Assembly (NCBI GenBank): GCA_045631605.1
Contig: JAZQVB010000052.1
Location: forward strand, 1-54,568
Direction: 5' to 3'
Length of the DNA stretch: 54,568 nt
Source: Anaeroplasma sp.
GTDB lineage: Bacteria; Bacillota_I; Bacilli_A; Acholeplasmatales; Anaeroplasmataceae
The notes beneath the pieces are model-generated. The model did no database searches. It was not told the DNA's origin and worked only from the letters and a program-made list of their open reading frames with translations. This document shows positions 50,301 to 54,568 of the stretch, piece after piece (the first letter of the stretch is position 1; each line of letters begins with the position of its first letter). A program made the position numbers and the translations under genes.

Positions 50301-53300
50301 CTATAAGGGTATTAATGGCCAACAAACCATCGGTACTAGATGGACAGCTACATTAAACGATTCTACAAGGCTAATAAAGGGTAATATTAATTGTGCAGGT
50401 ATTACATATATTAACGAAAGCGTCATTACAAATACATTTAATTTAGGTAATATATTCGCAGCAAATTATATTAACGAAGCTACAATGACAGATATAAATG
50501 CCGGTGGTATATCTATATTAAATATAGGTAAGTATGCCTATATTGAAAATAGTGCTAATAATGGTAATATAAAGGCTATGAATTTATCCTCATCAGTAAA
50601 TTCTAATGTAAATGCCGCAGGTATTACAGTAAGAAATGATAAGCTTGAAAATGGCTCTGATTATTTAGGTGGAAATGATCATGCTCATCAGCTAATTGCG
50701 TTTACGATTAACTATGGTGGAGTATATTCATATAATTATTGTGAAAATATTACAGACAGCTCATTAGAGGCAGCGTGTAAATCAGCTGGAATTCTTGCGA
50801 TGGGATTATGTAATATAATTAATACAGTTAATTACGGTAACATTTACGGAAGCGAAACCGCAAGTGGAATCTTCGGTATAGTTTATTTCTCTAAATTTTC
50901 ACAGGATGTATCAAATATAAATAAGGTTAATTTAGCTAATTCAATTAATTACGGAAATGTTTATGTAATTGAAAAGGGTACAAATAATTTTACAAATTTG
51001 AATTTAAAAAGCCAAACATATAATGATTTTATAAATATGTCAGATTCTAATAAGGATAGCTTTGCTAAGCTAGAAATTATATTAGAATTTGGTAAAAACA
51101 CATTTAGTGGCTCAATATTTTCAATCATTAACTTTAATAATGATAGAAATGCTGAAAATGTATCGATTAGATATCTAATCAGCTTCTTAGAAAATACAAC
51201 TCTAGTTGGAGCTGAGGCTTCAACTCCTAGCTCAATAAATATTGATATATCAAAAATGTATTCAGCATATTATAAATTTATAAATGGATACGATACCTTT
51301 GATAAATATATGGGCAAGCAGGTAATATATTCTCCTTTAAGCACAGGTGAGGAAAAGGGATATGTTGGTGTATTTAGTGATAAATTTACCTTTAGACAAG
51401 CAATAGAGGGAAAAATAGAGCTTGATATAGATGAAAATCCAACAGATCAATTTATTACAGACTATTTCCAATTTGTCGCATATCAAAAGATTAATAGTAA
51501 TCTATTAGATAAGATTGGCTGGAGAACAATAGCGTATTTTACGGCAGCTAATGATTTTGCCCAAAATCTTGAGGCAGTATCATTATTGCTATCTAATTAT
51601 AAAAATAATATATCGTATACAGGCTATACTATCTTAGTAGAAGAAGCCTTAGATACTGCGTTGTGGATGCAATATTGTAGTGATAATACAATACATTTAA
51701 TAGTCGAAAAGCTGTTAAAGGATAATAATTATGATATGACCTTAGGTATGCTTGAATACCTACTTGATAAGGATAATCCTATATCTATTTTAATTGACTC
51801 ATCTGTAAGAAAGGATGTTGTTGAGTCTTTAATTACAGAGCTAGAAAAAATTAATAGTGATTTTGAATTATCAAATTATATAGATGAGATATTAAATTAC
51901 GAAATTGGCTTTTCTAGTGTAATGGCTGATATATTACTATCGTCAGTAAATAGTGATTTAAAGGATTATTTAACAGCTTATATAGAAGATATAAGCATGA
52001 ACGATAAGGAAGAATTATTAGATTTATATATCAATTATTTATATTTAAATGACTCATCATATTTTAATTACAGTAATAATGAGGCTATTAGATTAGAAAT
52101 ATTAGAGGAGCTATTTAATGATGTTGATGATGAAATATTATATAAATCATTAATTCTATATTTAGAGCTGGATAATGTTATACCTACTGATGAAATTAAA
52201 ATGTATTCTGTATTTAAAGGATTAACATCAGAGGAAAAGCTGAAATTATTCAGTGATATAATTGTTAATAATTCAGCTGAAATTATTCACAATTACTTAA
52301 ATTTGATGAGCTCTGATATTGAATTTTATCAAGAGCTTATTAATAATGGATACTCTATTTCTAGTGTTGATGAGGTATATTCTTTAATTGATATTACAAA
52401 TAAAAATGTTACAAATGAAATAGTAATTAACGAAAGAGTAGCCTTATATAATCAAATAAAAAATACTCAAACATTTAAGGATTATCTTAATACAAAGGTA
52501 TCAACGTATTACGCTTTGGCAACTGAGCATAATAATACCTTCCAATCAACTACAGCCCCTTCAAATAACGGTGCTTATTCAGGAGAGCTAACATATGCAT
52601 ATACTGAAAGTATAACTCCTAGTACATACTTTTATGGTCCATATACTAATGCCTCTGGTGGAACTAGAAGCTTCAACAATCCTGATAATGTAGGAGATAA
52701 TATCGCAAATTCAGGTAATACTGCAGGATATTATTCAATATTCACAACAACAGATTTGGAATATATAACAAGCCTTTATAACCAAGGAATAATCTATAAT
52801 TATGGAGTATTCTATTACGAATTCGGTGCTTCAGGAACAAATAACCAAATGGCTGGGGAAAACTATTTTAATAATGTTTATTACCAATCAGGAACAACAG
52901 ACTTTTCAGGTACAAGATTAGCTGATACAGCAATAACATTTACCGATAACACTAATACCACATATACAATATATGGTGGCACCGTATCAGCATTTAAAAG
53001 AACAGGTAATACCTCAACGGGTGTTAATACTACAACAACTGTCGCAGGTACATATGTTATTACAGATACTAATAACAAGGAATATACAATTAGCTCTACA
53101 CAACAAGGCTGGGTTAATTTTATTAGAAGCTATGGCGTGAAGTATTATATAGCCTATGTTAAAAATACATTCCACTCAACACAAGCTACAGGTATTTATA
53201 AATACAGTGAGCCATGGGGCAGCGTTGCCGCAAACTATTTTACATGGAAGAGTAGCTCTACACAGGTTTATACATCTCAATATATTGATTATAATGTTGA

Positions 53301-54568
53301 AGATTTATTGTTATTAGATGGTGTTTTAACCGGATATGATGATAAGACATTATCTAATGATGAAAGAAATATAATTAATAATTTATTTAATATATATTTC
53401 GCATCAGATAGTAGTAATTTTAAAAATATTATTGAAAAGGCATTATTCGAATCATTAGGTCAAAATGAGGAATATATTAATAGCTTTATAATTAAAAATA
53501 TATATTCAACATCTAAAATTAATAATAAAGAGCCATTTGAATATCTTAATATAAATTCAAATACTACCGTGAAGGATTATTTATTAAGCCAATATGTTGA
53601 GGCTGACTATAAGGAAAAGCTAATCTATTCAGCCTCAAGTAATAAGAATGCATATATTAAATTATTAGAACGTTTAATTTTAGCTAATAATAATACCTTA
53701 ACAGAGGAAGAAAAGGAAAATATATTAGGAAATATTCAAATAGAACAAATATCAGATTATACCGGAGAGGGCTTAGAGCTAAGTAAGGGTAGTGGTGAAT
53801 ACCAATTTGGATTAACCTTTAATACATTAAGCTTAGCTATTGATAACACAGCTAATAGGCTTATTTTAGTAATGGAATCTACTAATGCATCATCAGTGTT
53901 AACAATTACTGATAGCTTAGGTAACACATTACAAGCTATAGCTGCCTCAGCAGTAAATGAATATGTAATAGATTCAACACAATTACCTTCAAATATAATA
54001 TTAAATTCTAATAAGGATATTATTATTTATAAAATATATCAACAAATGGATGTATCTAATAATATATCTGATACAAGCTCAATCGCAGTAACATTATCCT
54101 CAAATACTGGTACATTTATAAACTCTAGTGAGATAGAAAATATAATTTATAATAGCTATCCAGAGCTTACAAATTTATCATATACAGTAGGCGTTACCGC
54201 AAGAGTAAATATTACATCAAATACATATTATGTAAGGTTATATAGTAATAATACATATATTTATTCATCAGGAAGTAGAATATCTAGTGGTACAACATTT
54301 ACAGTAAATAATATTAATAATTATTTAGGTCGTAGCTATTCATTATACGCAAATAGAAATAACGCAAACGCAACAGCTGTAAATCAGGCGGTTACTATAA
54401 ATACACTTACATATAATATTTCATTTACTGGTCAAATTAATAATCAAATAGTTACAGATTTAATATTATATGAGGATATTTTAAATAAGGCCTTAGATAA
54501 TTTAGTATCTAATTCATATATAGATGCGGTATTTAATAATGTATTAGATAATAAATATGATAATTATA
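47395..54568 (+). CDS. Giant (>2390 aa, partial) GLUG-motif surface protein
   Basis: Not in the ORF track because it has no stop in the window. AAGGAGG RBS; MLFKINKKLIILIMLSILCFVV...; FKGAFNGNGYEISNL; GIVAGY, LGGICG, IGGLIG, VGGVIG; many N.G.I repeats. Confidence 0.85.
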   Translation, partial: MLFKINKKLIILIMLSILCFVVTVCLIDCIEVKKGSDFKSYTGQYNSPQHEIYSYSTPTEVTTTNMSELYSINNNVVTSTNANVVGTINIMNATDLYAFSALANRDDRFLSYNYQLLSNIDYNEINYDFIPIAWDNNKYFKGAFNGNGYEISNLSLLSILSGDTAYKMEYYAMFSKIGSGAVVTNFGLRDTNIVINGMWDELKGVSVAVGYVDAGATVSYVFSSDLRDPILDESGITASGGHRISGLVFENNGFMVNCYTAYNIVSNYTIDDYIDFTEILMINSGEIESLYFYNETISEYVNNDSIYTIVYKEPVGKTLKLVNHYGEYCESLDSLNEMVSESSINWFTASSYNTLSIYLNKIITPITRGIIVELKDGKYIFKINNERDFSYMFELMNINDNFASDKMVYEICNDLNLSMISENNYYYSRGINSTIKGVETTGSVELSNGKISPYPTIYYASINNHITTEGIDAHGVFAWLTGSIIDLNFVLPSKIEIENTSTNLKAIGIVAGYVDGGKINNVNVYANELCISNSIGKYYLGGICGILSGEGEISNSTASGSINNIDGEYNGSYNVIGYMNGSAIGGLIGYITSTMGSVKSNLSVMNITTVGIEGADLSVGGVIGAGYTYDAYELENQGNIVVGSQALRAKYLNLYVSGVIGRHLGLANQINKLTNQGDIKVYSNNSNNSYLYLSGIENADIITSPANNLAVSRLKSKGRFVFYASSLANSGSIEIYNTDSNLEYTSGINIFSKNGFESTLSGIYNLGYKKINGHITKLDNQEINMSNTNKYAPVVNTINTNNSSNQGVTLSTVYNLRSYNFINTANINSSNLLYSGCILGSYINYTDVRNEGNLSFSNSYQIGSSSNKANIKIVGIFNELNSGYKADTLFNDGNIEFIVNSYIYGDIFINGICYSNRNGFNDNELKEFNPSDINYNNNKIGSLNNVINNGDITCTSTVFTNGVSYTSEDYKGINGQQTIGTRWTATLNDSTRLIKGNINCAGITYINESVITNTFNLGNIFAANYINEATMTDINAGGISILNIGKYAYIENSANNGNIKAMNLSSSVNSNVNAAGITVRNDKLENGSDYLGGNDHAHQLIAFTINYGGVYSYNYCENITDSSLEAACKSAGILAMGLCNIINTVNYGNIYGSETASGIFGIVYFSKFSQDVSNINKVNLANSINYGNVYVIEKGTNNFTNLNLKSQTYNDFINMSDSNKDSFAKLEIILEFGKNTFSGSIFSIINFNNDRNAENVSIRYLISFLENTTLVGAEASTPSSINIDISKMYSAYYKFINGYDTFDKYMGKQVIYSPLSTGEEKGYVGVFSDKFTFRQAIEGKIELDIDENPTDQFITDYFQFVAYQKINSNLLDKIGWRTIAYFTAANDFAQNLEAVSLLLSNYKNNISYTGYTILVEEALDTALWMQYCSDNTIHLIVEKLLKDNNYDMTLGMLEYLLDKDNPISILIDSSVRKDVVESLITELEKINSDFELSNYIDEILNYEIGFSSVMADILLSSVNSDLKDYLTAYIEDISMNDKEELLDLYINYLYLNDSSYFNYSNNEAIRLEILEELFNDVDDEILYKSLILYLELDNVIPTDEIKMYSVFKGLTSEEKLKLFSDIIVNNSAEIIHNYLNLMSSDIEFYQELINNGYSISSVDEVYSLIDITNKNVTNEIVINERVALYNQIKNTQTFKDYLNTKVSTYYALATEHNNTFQSTTAPSNNGAYSGELTYAYTESITPSTYFYGPYTNASGGTRSFNNPDNVGDNIANSGNTAGYYSIFTTTDLEYITSLYNQGIIYNYGVFYYEFGASGTNNQMAGENYFNNVYYQSGTTDFSGTRLADTAITFTDNTNTTYTIYGGTVSAFKRTGNTSTGVNTTTTVAGTYVITDTNNKEYTISSTQQGWVNFIRSYGVKYYIAYVKNTFHSTQATGIYKYSEPWGSVAANYFTWKSSSTQVYTSQYIDYNVEDLLLLDGVLTGYDDKTLSNDERNIINNLFNIYFASDSSNFKNIIEKALFESLGQNEEYINSFIIKNIYSTSKINNKEPFEYLNINSNTTVKDYLLSQYVEADYKEKLIYSASSNKNAYIKLLERLILANNNTLTEEEKENILGNIQIEQISDYTGEGLELSKGSGEYQFGLTFNTLSLAIDNTANRLILVMESTNASSVLTITDSLGNTLQAIAASAVNEYVIDSTQLPSNIILNSNKDIIIYKIYQQMDVSNNISDTSSIAVTLSSNTGTFINSSEIENIIYNSYPELTNLSYTVGVTARVNITSNTYYVRLYSNNTYIYSSGSRISSGTTFTVNNINNYLGRSYSLYANRNNANATAVNQAVTINTLTYNISFTGQINNQIVTDLILYEDILNKALDNLVSNSYIDAVFNNVLDNKYDNY

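Overview
AT-rich Bacilli-type chromosome segment using the standard code (TGA read as stop). The gene content is compatible with an Anaeroplasma/Acholeplasmatales-like gut or rumen organism, which is an inference. A housekeeping backbone (HD dNTPase, rnmV-rsmA-yabG-ispE, U32 protein, tilS-hpt-ftsH, mnmE, glcK, ltaE, Lrp, heterodimeric ABC exporter, two aminopeptidases, xth) is interleaved with two accessory themes. (1) Four large surface lipoproteins with Pro/Thr linkers: two CE8 pectin methylesterases, a PL1 pectate lyase and an Ig/CBM-like protein. All four have the same promoter type plus a CG-centred operator-like site. (2) From 40.1 kb to the end, a c-di-GMP-I riboswitch leads a cluster of five proteins with SipW-type (A-W-Y / A-A-F) signal peptides resembling TasA/CalY/BsaA fibre subunits. 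One of them is a 1239-aa GLUG/InlB-repeat protein with a CBM77-like pectin-binding module. The cluster contains a second, unrecognised structured attenuator leader and ends in a >2390-aa GLUG protein that runs off the window. The last module of the 1239-aa protein is 137/140 nt identical, in inverted orientation, to the lipoprotein gene at the window start. The best candidate for a new system is a c-di-GMP-switched, SipW-type fibre/adhesin that binds pectin and exchanges modules with the surface pectinase lipoproteins. No SipW, diguanylate cyclase, rRNA, tRNA or CRISPR array is visible in the window.
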